Below, one piece after another: positions 39,101 to 47,403 of a stretch of DNA of 64,000 nucleotides. Position numbers and translations under genes: made by a program. The first letter of the stretch is position 1. Each line of letters begins with the position of its first letter. The stretch lies in assembly GCA_963666485.2 (NCBI GenBank), contig CAXXUO010000002.1, positions 160,001 through 224,000 on the forward strand, in the 5' to 3' direction. Under the pieces are notes generated by a model. That model made no database searches. It worked only from the letters and a program-made list of their open reading frames with translations, and was not told where the DNA came from. The stretch is from Syntrophorhabdaceae bacterium. Its GTDB lineage: Bacteria > Desulfobacterota > Syntrophorhabdia > Syntrophorhabdales > Syntrophorhabdaceae.

Positions 39101-39440
39101 TATCGAGCTGGATACCGACGCCGTTTCCATCGAGATCCATGCCGCCATCCCGGCCGGACTTATTGTGAACGAACTCGCGTCCAACGCGATGAAACACGCT
39201 TTCCCCGGCGGGCAATTCGGTACGATCAGGGTTTGTTTGAAAAAGAGTGGTGCGGGTACGCGGCTCACCATCGAAGATGACGGGATCGGCCTGCCGCGGG
39301 ATGTCAACATACATGAAGCGCAATCTCTTGGAATGCAGTTCATTTCAGGCCTGCTATTGCAGCTCGACGCGGACATCCGGGTCGAGAGGGACACCGGGAC
39401 GCGGTTTACTGTCGATTTCAGGGTAGAGCCGGTACAATAA
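36189..39440 (+). CDS. Multi-PAS sensor histidine kinase (Cache, 4xPAS, HisKA_2-type)
   Basis: LLKEIQHRVKN, GLIVNELASNAMKHAF, DDGIG, SLG; four PAS/PAC repeats. Confidence 0.93.
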   Translation: MTGKQTAPKPEHGYRNFFSFLSRRHTELSTKPVLAHLLFPLVTVVIVLAGGGGILFWMHHRATLEGKTSSYVNTVKTEFHMALDEQASGLTGTLQFFVDNNGLRAALRSGDRNRLLSDWKPVFEKLNRRISLSHLYFMDRHRRCILRVHKPDAAGDIIDRFTAIEAERTGGISSGIELGPLGTFTLRVVQPVFEGSELIGYVELGKEIEDVLQTLQKFYYDQWLIMIDKKYLNRRGWESGMKMLGREATWDRLKNNAITYSSQGDLPGSLASWADTAHEGSNLEYTSGGKSWQAAAACLKDASGREVGHLLVIRDITAEKRAFTRSVLLAGFAGTLLFALFLAVIYVLLRRTDSWITAQQKALKDSEESYRNQFAYNQAVMLLIDPVDGAIVDANIAAVKFYGYPVEKLLSLRLTDINTLSDNEVFEAMASVPAWNGKRFNFRHRLADGSARDVEVSSTPIQFGKSVVLHSIIHDITDRKRAEQELKDSNAYNARILKFNRALLSAIPTPVFYEDRDGRYLGCNPAFTELIGVSEDDIRGKMAQEVWPARHSDVYRQKDAEMLMNPGRQVYESTVVDRNGQERTVIFAKDVFHDEQGNVAGIVGSFQDITDYRTAEDGMNTALSLLNAALEATADGILIVGSGDERTVTGYNRKFLELWRIPPRMAEDARDDELLQFVIGQIKDPGAFMERVDFLYLEPEKQSFDVIELSDGRMFERFSQPQRIGEKIIGRVWSFRDVSDRKKVLEALSESEEKFRLLFERSVDPILLIDNNRWAECNAAALQIMGCVNKDQLLGLHPSDISPELQPDGLPSLEKANEILRKAMVNGSDYFEWVHRDVDGNDFWVDVSLTVIPIRGKRIFYTVWRDITARKRAEKKINDTLKEKDALLKEIQHRVKNSLLTISGILALQRDQAENDEVKDAIITSLNRLTAMTKIHSRLYRSDDYSSIDFGEYIREMIPEICRSYGFPARNIELDTDAVSIEIHAAIPAGLIVNELASNAMKHAFPGGQFGTIRVCLKKSGAGTRLTIEDDGIGLPRDVNIHEAQSLGMQFISGLLLQLDADIRVERDTGTRFTVDFRVEPVQ

Positions 39441-39454
39441 CGGGCACGCCGGGA

Positions 39455-40186
39455 TCACTTTTCCGGCACCAGTTCGATCGTCCTGACATGTACCCGGGCG
39501 AGTCCCTTGTTAAAAAATCCCAGCTTTTTTGCAGCACCCGCCGAAAGGTCTATTATCCTCTCGCCGGATGCCGGGTTCTTATCACTCGGGAAGGGCCCCC
39601 GGTCGTTGACCCGCACAATGACGGAGCGGTTGTTCTCGAGGTTCGTGACCTCGACGTGCGTCGGGAGCGGGAGGTATTTGTGCGCAGCCGTCATCTGCTT
39701 GGGGTCGAAGACCTCCCCGTTCGCGGTCATGGCCCCCTTGTTTGCGCGCAGCGTCTCGTACCCGTACCACGAGGCAAGGCCGGTCTCGTCGTACGACTTC
39801 GCCTCTTCGACAGACATGGGGTAATATCTTTTCCCTTTCACCGTGTAGGGGGCGGTCTTCACACGGCCCTTGCGAATGGCTTCTTTGGGAGGCAGCCCGT
39901 CGATGCTGTCGATGTCACTCCTGACGAACGCCCAGTCGAGCGGCGCTTTCGTTATCCTGAACGTATATTCACCGACCTTGTAAACAAGTTTCGAGGTGCC
40001 TGTGGTGAGCTCGTACGTACCCTTGACGATATAGTAGCCCCCCTTCACCGTACCGGAGACGACCTGGTACGGCGCCTTGATGAGCGAGCACCCGGCAAAG
40101 TAAAGGCAGGCCGCCGCGAAAGAAAATGCAAGCACCAGCTGGAATTTACGGAAGGGGCTGAGGGAAGCGCCCGGCGTGGTCCTCAT
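39455..40186 (-). CDS. rlpA: Septal ring lytic transglycosylase RlpA family lipoprotein
   Basis: Lipobox FAGC; PYTVKG, GLASWYG, TANGE, TAAH..LP, VRVNDRGPF, IIDLS. Confidence 0.92.
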   Translation of the reverse strand: MRTTPGASLSPFRKFQLVLAFSFAAACLYFAGCSLIKAPYQVVSGTVKGGYYIVKGTYELTTGTSKLVYKVGEYTFRITKAPLDWAFVRSDIDSIDGLPPKEAIRKGRVKTAPYTVKGKRYYPMSVEEAKSYDETGLASWYGYETLRANKGAMTANGEVFDPKQMTAAHKYLPLPTHVEVTNLENNRSVIVRVNDRGPFPSDKNPASGERIIDLSAGAAKKLGFFNKGLARVHVRTIELVPEK

Positions 40187-40319
40187 TGAGCACCATTATA
40201 ACCAAACTTTCCGGTTGTGGCATATATTTTTTTGGATCATCGGGAACGACCGGCGCGCCGGTCATGAGAGGAAATTGGAGGCGGCGCGGCCAAGGGGTGC
40301 CGCGCCGCCGGTTCACCGG

Positions 40320-41879
40320 TTATTTCTTTGCCGGAAAAAGCCTGTTGATCAGTTCGTTTGAAGGTCTCTTCGTAAGCAGGCTTACGCCGAAATAGAGGAC
40401 TGCGCAGCCACCGACAAGTATCCATTCCATGGTGCCCATCCCGAGAAGTGCCGGCTTGCGCGCGAGGACCGCCCAGCCGCCCCACAGCGTAGCGAGCGTC
40501 CCGTAGATGACCGTCGCAATTGCTCCCCACTTTGTCGCACCCTTCCAGTAATACGAGACGGCCGTGACGAAGAAGAATATCGCGCCGAGTCCCATCGCGG
40601 CAAGGCCCATGAACACGGCGAGCAGTTCAGGCGGTCTCTGGAGCGTCCAGTAGAACGGGAGGAACAGGAAGAAAGCGATGAGGACATAGCCGAGGTACAG
40701 CATCGATTTATCCGATACATTGGGCTTTAAGAGCTTGATGATATCGTTCGTTACATTGGCGCTCATGATAAAGACAAGCGCGGACAGCGTCCCCAGGGCG
40801 GCGCCGATAAGGCCCGTCAGGTACGCGGCAAGAAGGCCTGAACCGCCGATGGCCCACGAGAGCATCGGGGCGGCAAGGTCGGCTCCCCACTGTTTGTTCT
40901 GCAGGAGGTTCTCGCCGAAGATGATCCGTGCCACGAGGCCGTTCGACGAGCAGTCGAGCATGACCGGGATGCCTGCCGTTATCCAGACGATGAAGCACAA
41001 CAGGATGAATTCCTTGCGGGACATTTTCTTCATGCCGAGGAACCTGCTGACATTGTGCGGGAAACCCACCGCCATCGTGAAGAAGATGATGGGGGTCGAC
41101 AACACGCCGATCCAGCTCGAAAAGAGCTGCGTCATACCCACCTGGGGAAGTTCGGGGTCCATGAGCTTCAGCAATCGCGGGCTCTGCTGAAGCAGTCCGT
41201 CGGAGATGTTATGAAATCCGCCCACGTAGATTATTGCCCAGATACCGAGAAGGGCCCCGACAAGTCCCAGGAAGGCGCCTTTTACAGCGATGAACCACTG
41301 GGTGCCCATATACCCGCCGAGAACGAGGAAAAGCCACGCGATGACGATTGATATCAGCAGGCACCATACTGCGGGAAGACCGGTGACGGCGTACCAGACA
41401 GCGCCGGCAGCCTTGAGCTGGCCAACAGAATAAATGAAGAGAAAAAAGAGCATACTGACGGCGATCAGCAGCTGAAGGCCTTTGGATTCGAAGCGTCCGC
41501 CGATCGTCTGGGGGATGGTCGCCGCACCGAGCTTCGACGCAAATTCACGCGTCTTGGTCGCCGCAAGCCAGACGCAGGGTATGATGCCGACCAGCGTCCA
41601 GATCCCCGCAAACCACATACCGGAGAAACCAACTTTATAGACAACGGCCGTACTGCCGCAGAATGCCCAGCCGGAAATATACGACCCCGTAAGGGCGAGG
41701 CCGGTCACCCACGGCCCGATGTCGCGCTTGCCCACGAGGTATTCTTCAAAGGAGGCCCACTGCTTTTTTGCCATGATGCCGAGAACGATGGCGACGATCA
41801 GAAGGATGGCAACGCCGACCACCGACCAGATGATCATGTCCGGTGTCGGCTTCGGGATATCGAGAAATTTCGGGTTCAT
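40320..41879 (-). CDS. Sodium:solute symporter family protein (PutP/PanF-like)
   Basis: About 13 TMs; EYLVGKR.IG, TIP..IG.RF.S, GFPH...RF, D motif in TM11 region, YWK.ATKWGA. Confidence 0.9.
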   Translation of the reverse strand: MNPKFLDIPKPTPDMIIWSVVGVAILLIVAIVLGIMAKKQWASFEEYLVGKRDIGPWVTGLALTGSYISGWAFCGSTAVVYKVGFSGMWFAGIWTLVGIIPCVWLAATKTREFASKLGAATIPQTIGGRFESKGLQLLIAVSMLFFLFIYSVGQLKAAGAVWYAVTGLPAVWCLLISIVIAWLFLVLGGYMGTQWFIAVKGAFLGLVGALLGIWAIIYVGGFHNISDGLLQQSPRLLKLMDPELPQVGMTQLFSSWIGVLSTPIIFFTMAVGFPHNVSRFLGMKKMSRKEFILLCFIVWITAGIPVMLDCSSNGLVARIIFGENLLQNKQWGADLAAPMLSWAIGGSGLLAAYLTGLIGAALGTLSALVFIMSANVTNDIIKLLKPNVSDKSMLYLGYVLIAFFLFLPFYWTLQRPPELLAVFMGLAAMGLGAIFFFVTAVSYYWKGATKWGAIATVIYGTLATLWGGWAVLARKPALLGMGTMEWILVGGCAVLYFGVSLLTKRPSNELINRLFPAKK

Positions 41880-41995
41880 TTATCGATCCTCCTCGCCACA
41901 AGAAAAGTGCCGACGACCGTAAAGATAAACGTGCCGATCATCATGATGATCCAGACGTACCAGGGAAACATAAGATCCACAGCTTCAGCGTGCAT
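41876..41995 (-). CDS. 39-aa single-TM symporter accessory protein (absent from the ORF track)
   Basis: MHAEAVDLMFPWYVWIIMMIGTFIFTVVGTFLVARRIDK; GGAGG RBS; ATGA overlap with the symporter start. Confidence 0.8.
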   Translation of the reverse strand: MHAEAVDLMFPWYVWIIMMIGTFIFTVVGTFLVARRIDK

Positions 41996-42174
41996 AATAA
42001 CCCTCCGGAACAAGATAGTATTGTTAAAAACCCCTGCAAAGGGGAGCATCTTTACCCAATTTCAAGACGCTGTTCATTTATCCCAATGGTCTAAGCGTAA
42101 AAGACGGCCGCCCAAAATGGCATTGGGTTTTTTCTGATTTTTTTGTACGGGAAATTCTTACAACTCCCTTAAGT

Positions 42175-42375
42175 CGTCACCCCGGTGAAGGCCGGGATCC
42201 AGGGTTTTTCTTCTCAATCATTTCCGTTGCCTGAAACCGTAAATTGGCATAAAAAAACAAAACCCTGGATCCCGGTGTCAAGCACCGGGATGACGGATGG
42301 AGATATCACAGATGAGAGGTGATGGGTGATGAAAAAAAAACAAAACCTTGGGTTCCCGCGTTCGCGGGAATGACG
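42175..42375. repeat. Paired REP-like palindromic element plus a third arm
   Basis: CGTCACCCCGG..CCGGGATCCAGGGTTTT / AAAACCCTGGATCCCGG..CCGGGATGACG; third arm at 42342-42375. Confidence 0.85.
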
Positions 42376-42391
42376 GCGGGGGGGGACGCCT

Positions 42392-42429
42392 TTAGCCGTT
42401 AGCCGTACGCCGTTAGCCGTTCGCCGTTA
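42392..42429. repeat. TTAGCCG-type 7-bp tandem repeat at the response regulator stop codon
   Basis: Same units as 26931-26974. Confidence 0.85.
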
Positions 42430-43053
42430 CTCAATCAACTTATGCTGCATCGCATACCGCATGATCTCCGCGTTGTTCGCGACACTGAGCTTTTCGAGTA
42501 TCCTCGTCCTGTACGTGCCGACCGTCTTGACGCTCAAGGACATCTCTTCTGCAATACGGGATATGTTTTTGCCGGACGCTATCATCAGCATGACCTGGAA
42601 CTCACGGTTTGACAGGTTCTCATGGAGGGGCTTTTCCGTGTCGATGATAAAAAGGAGCTTTTCGGAAAGGGCCGGGCTGATGTATTTCCCGCCCCGTGTT
42701 ATCTTTTTTATGGCGGTCAGGAGGTCGTACGGAGCGCTCTCCTTGTTCATGTATCCGGCGGCGCCTTCCTTCAGGGCGCGCATCGCATATTGCTCTTCGG
42801 GATGCATGCTGAGTATGAGGACGGGCAATTTCGGGTAATCGCGCTTCAATTCCTTGAGGATGTCGAGGCCGCCGCGCCCGGGCATGGCTATGTCCAGGAT
42901 GACCGCGTCCCAGGGAGATGTTCGGATCAGGTTCAATGCCTCCTGGGAATTCGACGCCTCCCCGACCATTGTGATCTGCGGCTCCCCTGACAAGATATAC
43001 TTCAATCCCTGCCGTACGACCGGGTGGTCGTCAACGACCAGTATCCTGAGCAT
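42427..43053 (-). CDS. NarL/FixJ family response regulator
   Basis: ILVVDDHPVVRQG, LDIAMP, LSNREFQV...KTV.TYR LuxR HTH; start placed at MLRIL. Confidence 0.95.
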   Translation of the reverse strand: MLRILVVDDHPVVRQGLKYILSGEPQITMVGEASNSQEALNLIRTSPWDAVILDIAMPGRGGLDILKELKRDYPKLPVLILSMHPEEQYAMRALKEGAAGYMNKESAPYDLLTAIKKITRGGKYISPALSEKLLFIIDTEKPLHENLSNREFQVMLMIASGKNISRIAEEMSLSVKTVGTYRTRILEKLSVANNAEIMRYAMQHKLIE

Positions 43054-44950
43054 GATATACGATCTCCTCCCTGTGCGGAATCCTGACCACGACCTGCGTG
43101 CCCTTGTTCTCGGCGCCCGAAATATGCACATCCCCTCCGAAGATACCGACGCGTTCGCGCATCCCGAGAAGGCCAAGTGAACGGGAATCGACGATCTCGG
43201 CCGGGGATATTCCCTTTCCGTTATCTTCGATGGTAAGCGTGATAGTGCCGTCCTGATCGTTTATTTCGATCCGGACGCGGGTTGCACCGGCATGACGGAT
43301 GATATTGGTCAGGGTCTCCTGGAACACCCGGAACACCGCGGTGATAATATCGTGGTCGAGACAGCTGTCATCGATCTCCGATAAGAACTCGCATTCTATT
43401 CCCGTCCTTTTCCTGAAATCGTTCAACTGCCATTCCATGGCTGCAACGAGGCCGAGATCATCAAGTATCCCGGGTCTTAAGTCACTCGATATCCGTCTGA
43501 CCAGTTTTATCGTGTCGTCGATAATGCCCTCCATGGATCTCAACCTCTGGCCCAGGAGCTCCTTATTTTTCGGGGGTCTTTGCGAAAGAGAGACGAGGTC
43601 CATCATGAGCCCCGTCAGCCTCTGTCCGAGTTCATCATGAATGTCCCGGGCAAGCTTGGTCCTCTCCTCCTCCCGTATCGACTGCAAACGGGTCGACAAC
43701 GCGCGCAGCCTTTCGCTCGACTGCCTCAGCTGATCTTCCCTGATCTTGCTTTCTGTTATATCGCGCGCGATCGCCGACATACCGACGATCTCCCCTGACG
43801 CATCCCTTATGGGCGATATATTGAGGGAGACATTCACGATCTCACCGTCTTTTCGCACATGCGCCGTCTCATAGAGGTCCACCCGCCTGCCGTTCTTGAT
43901 CTTGCCCAGGATGACCGGGACCCTGTTTTTGTTCTGTGGCAGGACAAGCTGGGATATGGACCGGCCGAGCAATTCCTCCGCCGGATACCCGTAGATAGCC
44001 TCGGCGCCCTGGTTCCAGCTTACGATCCTGCCGTCGAGGTCGACACTCATGATGGCATCCGCTGAAGATTCGACAATAGCCGCCAGGCGCTGTTTTTTTG
44101 ACTCGGCCTGCCGCTGGGCACTGTACGCTTCCTCCGCCAGGTTGATCCGTGTGATCGCCTCTGCTGCGAGGTTCGCAAACGTTTCTACGAACTGGACCTG
44201 CCCCCGGGAAAGTGCGGCGTCGCCTTTCTTCATACGCACGGCGAGAGATGCCATCGTTCTTTCTTCCTTCCTGACGGGGAAGAAGATCATCTGCCCGTCG
44301 TCTGCACTGCCCGGCCTGGCCTTCGTGTCGCCGTGCTCGAATACGGACCTGACATAAGGCCAATCGCTGTATTTAAGTCGGCTGCCCGGCGGCCAGGATG
44401 CTTCAATGCCTATATTTGCACCGTCAGGGTCCGGCATGAGAATGATGATCTCTCCCTGTATCGCCTCGCCTACCTTCTCGGCCGAAAATGCAAGGATCTC
44501 CCTCAGGTCGTTTTCCGCGGCCATTTTTTCGCTTGCCGCATAGAGGGCCAGCGTCCTCTTCTCGCGTGAACGGGTGCGCTCGAGTTCATTCCTCAGTTTC
44601 GTTCCCACGATCCCTGTGATGACGGCGACAACGAGGAAAATGAAAAGGTTGAAATACTCTCGCGGATTGTCCGGTTTGAAGGCAAAAGCAGGCGGGATAA
44701 AAAAATAGTCGAACATGAGGACCCCGAGGCCTGCGGCAAAGAACGACGGTCCCCTGCCCCACCGCGCAGCGGTAATGAAGACCGGCAGCAGGTAAAGGAT
44801 GGCTATATTGACGAGGTCGAAGATGGGTACGAGGATCGCGCCGATAAGGGAAATTGTCAGCATCGCCGCGAAGGTCACGAGATATTCGACGACGAGCGTG
44901 GCGAAACGCGGTAAGACCCGCCCTTTTATTTTTTCCGAGACTTCGTTCAT
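43031..44950 (-). CDS. Sensor kinase: KdpD-like 4TM (DUF4118), GAF-like, PAS, HisKA_3
   Basis: NIAILYLLPV...FDYFFIPP; EEERTKLARDIHDELGQ; QE.LTNIIRHA; LGLLGMRER. Confidence 0.9.
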   Translation of the reverse strand: MNEVSEKIKGRVLPRFATLVVEYLVTFAAMLTISLIGAILVPIFDLVNIAILYLLPVFITAARWGRGPSFFAAGLGVLMFDYFFIPPAFAFKPDNPREYFNLFIFLVVAVITGIVGTKLRNELERTRSREKRTLALYAASEKMAAENDLREILAFSAEKVGEAIQGEIIILMPDPDGANIGIEASWPPGSRLKYSDWPYVRSVFEHGDTKARPGSADDGQMIFFPVRKEERTMASLAVRMKKGDAALSRGQVQFVETFANLAAEAITRINLAEEAYSAQRQAESKKQRLAAIVESSADAIMSVDLDGRIVSWNQGAEAIYGYPAEELLGRSISQLVLPQNKNRVPVILGKIKNGRRVDLYETAHVRKDGEIVNVSLNISPIRDASGEIVGMSAIARDITESKIREDQLRQSSERLRALSTRLQSIREEERTKLARDIHDELGQRLTGLMMDLVSLSQRPPKNKELLGQRLRSMEGIIDDTIKLVRRISSDLRPGILDDLGLVAAMEWQLNDFRKRTGIECEFLSEIDDSCLDHDIITAVFRVFQETLTNIIRHAGATRVRIEINDQDGTITLTIEDNGKGISPAEIVDSRSLGLLGMRERVGIFGGDVHISGAENKGTQVVVRIPHREEIVYHAQDTGR

Positions 44951-44956
44951 GAAAAA

Positions 44957-44991
44957 GGTTCTACGTTCCAGGTTCTACGTTCTACGTTCCA
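44957..44991. repeat. GTTCTAC/GTTCCAG 7-bp tandem repeat
   Basis: Five units just upstream of the kinase start; related in reverse complement to 49461-49489. Confidence 0.75.
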
Positions 44992-45122
44992 GCGCTCCTG
45001 GTATCAACCGGGCGCAAAGTCCACTATCTATCAATTTTTCCGATGATGGCTTTTCCCTTTGTTTATTTATGACGGATGGATACGGCAGGTCAAGCAATTA
45101 ATAGCGGCGGACGTGACGCCAT

Positions 45123-45155
45123 AAAAAAATGAGGCCCCCTTTTCGGAGGCCTCAT
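45123..45155 (-). terminator. Intrinsic terminator of the flavocytochrome/cytochrome operon
   Basis: ATGAGGCCTCCG-AAAA-GGGGGCCTCAT followed by a T run on the minus strand. Confidence 0.8.
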
Positions 45156-45179
45156 CGATGTTTCACATTTCAACAGTTT

Positions 45180-45686
45180 TCAAGGGGTCTTGAAATCGAA
45201 TTTATGGCACTGGGCGCAAAAATTCTCCGACTTCTGGTGCTGGTGGTGGCATGCGTTGCAGTCAAGCGTGTTCCCGTAATGCGGTGACGTGTGGGGGTTC
45301 TCCGGTTTGACCTTTGCGGTCTTCTCGACGAGCTTGCCCGGATTGTGGCATTTCACGCACGTATCCATGGGCACGGCCTGCATCTTCCCTTTTCCATGGC
45401 ACTTCTCGCAGGTCACCCCTGACAGCTGGTGGACGTGACTGCCCGGCAGCTTACCGGAAAGCCTCTGAGGCCCCGCCTTGTCATGGCACCCCAGGCAATC
45501 CTTATACGTCATGGCCTTCGTGTCGATGTGCGAGGGCTCGAAGACCTTTTCCTGTCCATGGCACGCCGTGCAATCACCGCCCTTTGCCGTCGGCAGCCTT
45601 TTCGGCGCGGCGATAACGACCGTGATGCACATCAGAAGCACCGCAAGGATGAGTACTAATGCCAGGAGTTTCTTCCGCGGTATCAT
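45180..45686 (-). CDS. Periplasmic hexaheme cytochrome c (c3/Fcc3-heme-domain-like)
   Basis: Signal peptide; six CxxCH motifs (CTACH, CLGCH, CEKCH, CVKCH, CNACH, CAQCH); NPHTSPHYG. Confidence 0.92.
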   Translation of the reverse strand: MIPRKKLLALVLILAVLLMCITVVIAAPKRLPTAKGGDCTACHGQEKVFEPSHIDTKAMTYKDCLGCHDKAGPQRLSGKLPGSHVHQLSGVTCEKCHGKGKMQAVPMDTCVKCHNPGKLVEKTAKVKPENPHTSPHYGNTLDCNACHHQHQKSENFCAQCHKFDFKTP

Positions 45687-45708
45687 TCTTGCCTCCCGGC
45701 GGGGACCT

Positions 45709-47265
45709 TTAGCCCCACGCTGTTTCTTTCGCGGCATTCTTGCCCGCTATGCGGCCGAACACGATACAGTCAGCCATCGCAACGCCTCCCAAGCGCACGG
45801 CGCCATGCACTCCGCCCGTCACCTCGCCGGCGGCATACAGGCCTTTCACGGGCTTTAAGTCAAAGCCAAAGACCTGCGCGGTCTTGTCGATGACGAGCCC
45901 GCCCATGGTGTGGTGGACCTTCGGCCAGAGCCGGGCGACGTAAAATGGCGGCGCCACGGTGGGTTTTGCGTCGGGGAAGATCATGCATTCGAAGTCGTCG
46001 TCCTTTTTCTTTTCGACAAACCCGTTCCATCTTTTTATCTGATCGAGAAATTCAGCCACGGGCATCTTGTATGCCTTTGCGACATCCTCGAGCGTATCGA
46101 ACTTTTTGACGGCCCCTGATTCCGTCGCCTTTTCGAGGGCCTTGGGAAATACCTGTTTGTTGACCGCATAGGAGTCGCCCATGATGACGACCGGGTGGCC
46201 GATAAGGATTATCGCATCGGCCCTTTCCTTGCGGTTGCCCGTTTCCTTGAAGAACCGTTTCCCTTTGGCAGGGTCTATCATGGGCCCGTAACCGACGAGC
46301 CTTTCACAGAACAGCGGGACATAACCGAAACCCTTTTCGTCAGGGCTTGTCCAGGGCCCGAGCTGTATCCAATCCATCTGCAGGTCCATTGCGCCGGCTA
46401 TGCAGGCGGCGAGCAGTGCCTCACCCGTCGCGCCGGGCTGGTTTGTCGACTGGAACTTGTCCGTGAGGCGGGGGTCTTCTATCTGGCGCAAGGCGATGTC
46501 ATTGGAGAAACCTCCCGATGTCAGGACAACCGCTTTTTTCGCTTTTATGAAAGCCCTGTTCCCGGACTTTTCGTCGGGGAATTTGTAGCCCTTTTTGACC
46601 TCGACCCCGACGACGCGCCCGTTCTTGTCGAGAACGAGCCGCTCCATCTTTGTTCTCAGCTGAACGGCCACGCCAATCGATTTCGCCTTGGCAAGCTCTT
46701 TGTTGACAACTTCGGAGCCCGACGCGGAAACCGTCTGGTTGGCCCTTTTTACCGAATGGCCGCCGTGGAAATTGAGCCGCGTAAATTTGGCACCGAGATA
46801 ACTTTCGCACCATTCGAGCGCATCCTTCGCCCCGTATGCCACGGTCTTTGCAAGGTCGGGGTGGTTGAGGTACAACCCCGCCTTCATCATGTCGTTGTAC
46901 ATCAGCTCCGGGGAATCTTTCACACCGGCTTCCTTCTGCAATTTCGTATCGGGAGCGCAGAAATCGCCGCCGTTGATGATCGAATTGCCCCCATGGACCA
47001 TCATCTTCTCGATCACCGCCACGCTGGCGCCCGCGTTCTTTGCCTCGATCGCCGCCGCAAGGCCGGCAAAACCGCTGCCGATCACAACGACATCGAACGT
47101 TTCGTCCCACTTCTTCGGCATGACACCGGCGGCAGCTTTAAGTTCCGACGCCCCGAGTGTGACGCCGCCCGCAGCCAATCCCGCAACGGCCGCGGCACCG
47201 CTTGCCGACTTCAGGAAACCGCGACGTGTGAAACCTTTTTTTACTTTTGCGTCATCGTCTTTCAT
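45709..47265 (-). CDS. Tat-exported flavocytochrome c flavin subunit (fumarate/urocanate/acrylate reductase family)
   Basis: TRRGFLK; GSGFAG; GGNS; GGHS..R; HHTMGG; AGEVTGGVHG..RLGG. Confidence 0.92.
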   Translation of the reverse strand: MKDDDAKVKKGFTRRGFLKSASGAAAVAGLAAGGVTLGASELKAAAGVMPKKWDETFDVVVIGSGFAGLAAAIEAKNAGASVAVIEKMMVHGGNSIINGGDFCAPDTKLQKEAGVKDSPELMYNDMMKAGLYLNHPDLAKTVAYGAKDALEWCESYLGAKFTRLNFHGGHSVKRANQTVSASGSEVVNKELAKAKSIGVAVQLRTKMERLVLDKNGRVVGVEVKKGYKFPDEKSGNRAFIKAKKAVVLTSGGFSNDIALRQIEDPRLTDKFQSTNQPGATGEALLAACIAGAMDLQMDWIQLGPWTSPDEKGFGYVPLFCERLVGYGPMIDPAKGKRFFKETGNRKERADAIILIGHPVVIMGDSYAVNKQVFPKALEKATESGAVKKFDTLEDVAKAYKMPVAEFLDQIKRWNGFVEKKKDDDFECMIFPDAKPTVAPPFYVARLWPKVHHTMGGLVIDKTAQVFGFDLKPVKGLYAAGEVTGGVHGAVRLGGVAMADCIVFGRIAGKNAAKETAWG

Positions 47266-47403
47266 AGAGAACCTCCAGGATTCTGGTTATGATTATGTCC
47301 GGAATTAATGATAAGAGTTTACGCCATCTCCGAAGATTTTTACATTTTATTTTTAAATTACGATCAACTTTTTGTTACAATGCTTTACGGAAATTAAACT
47401 ACC

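Noticed and set aside
43031..43053. Kinase/regulator 23-bp overlap as a frameshifted hybrid gene
   Set aside because: Both genes are complete, and short overlaps are normal in two-component operons
45709..47265. Calling the flavoprotein frdA/fccA or urdA
   Set aside because: The fumarate-binding His appears absent and there is no FMN-binding domain; substrate unknown
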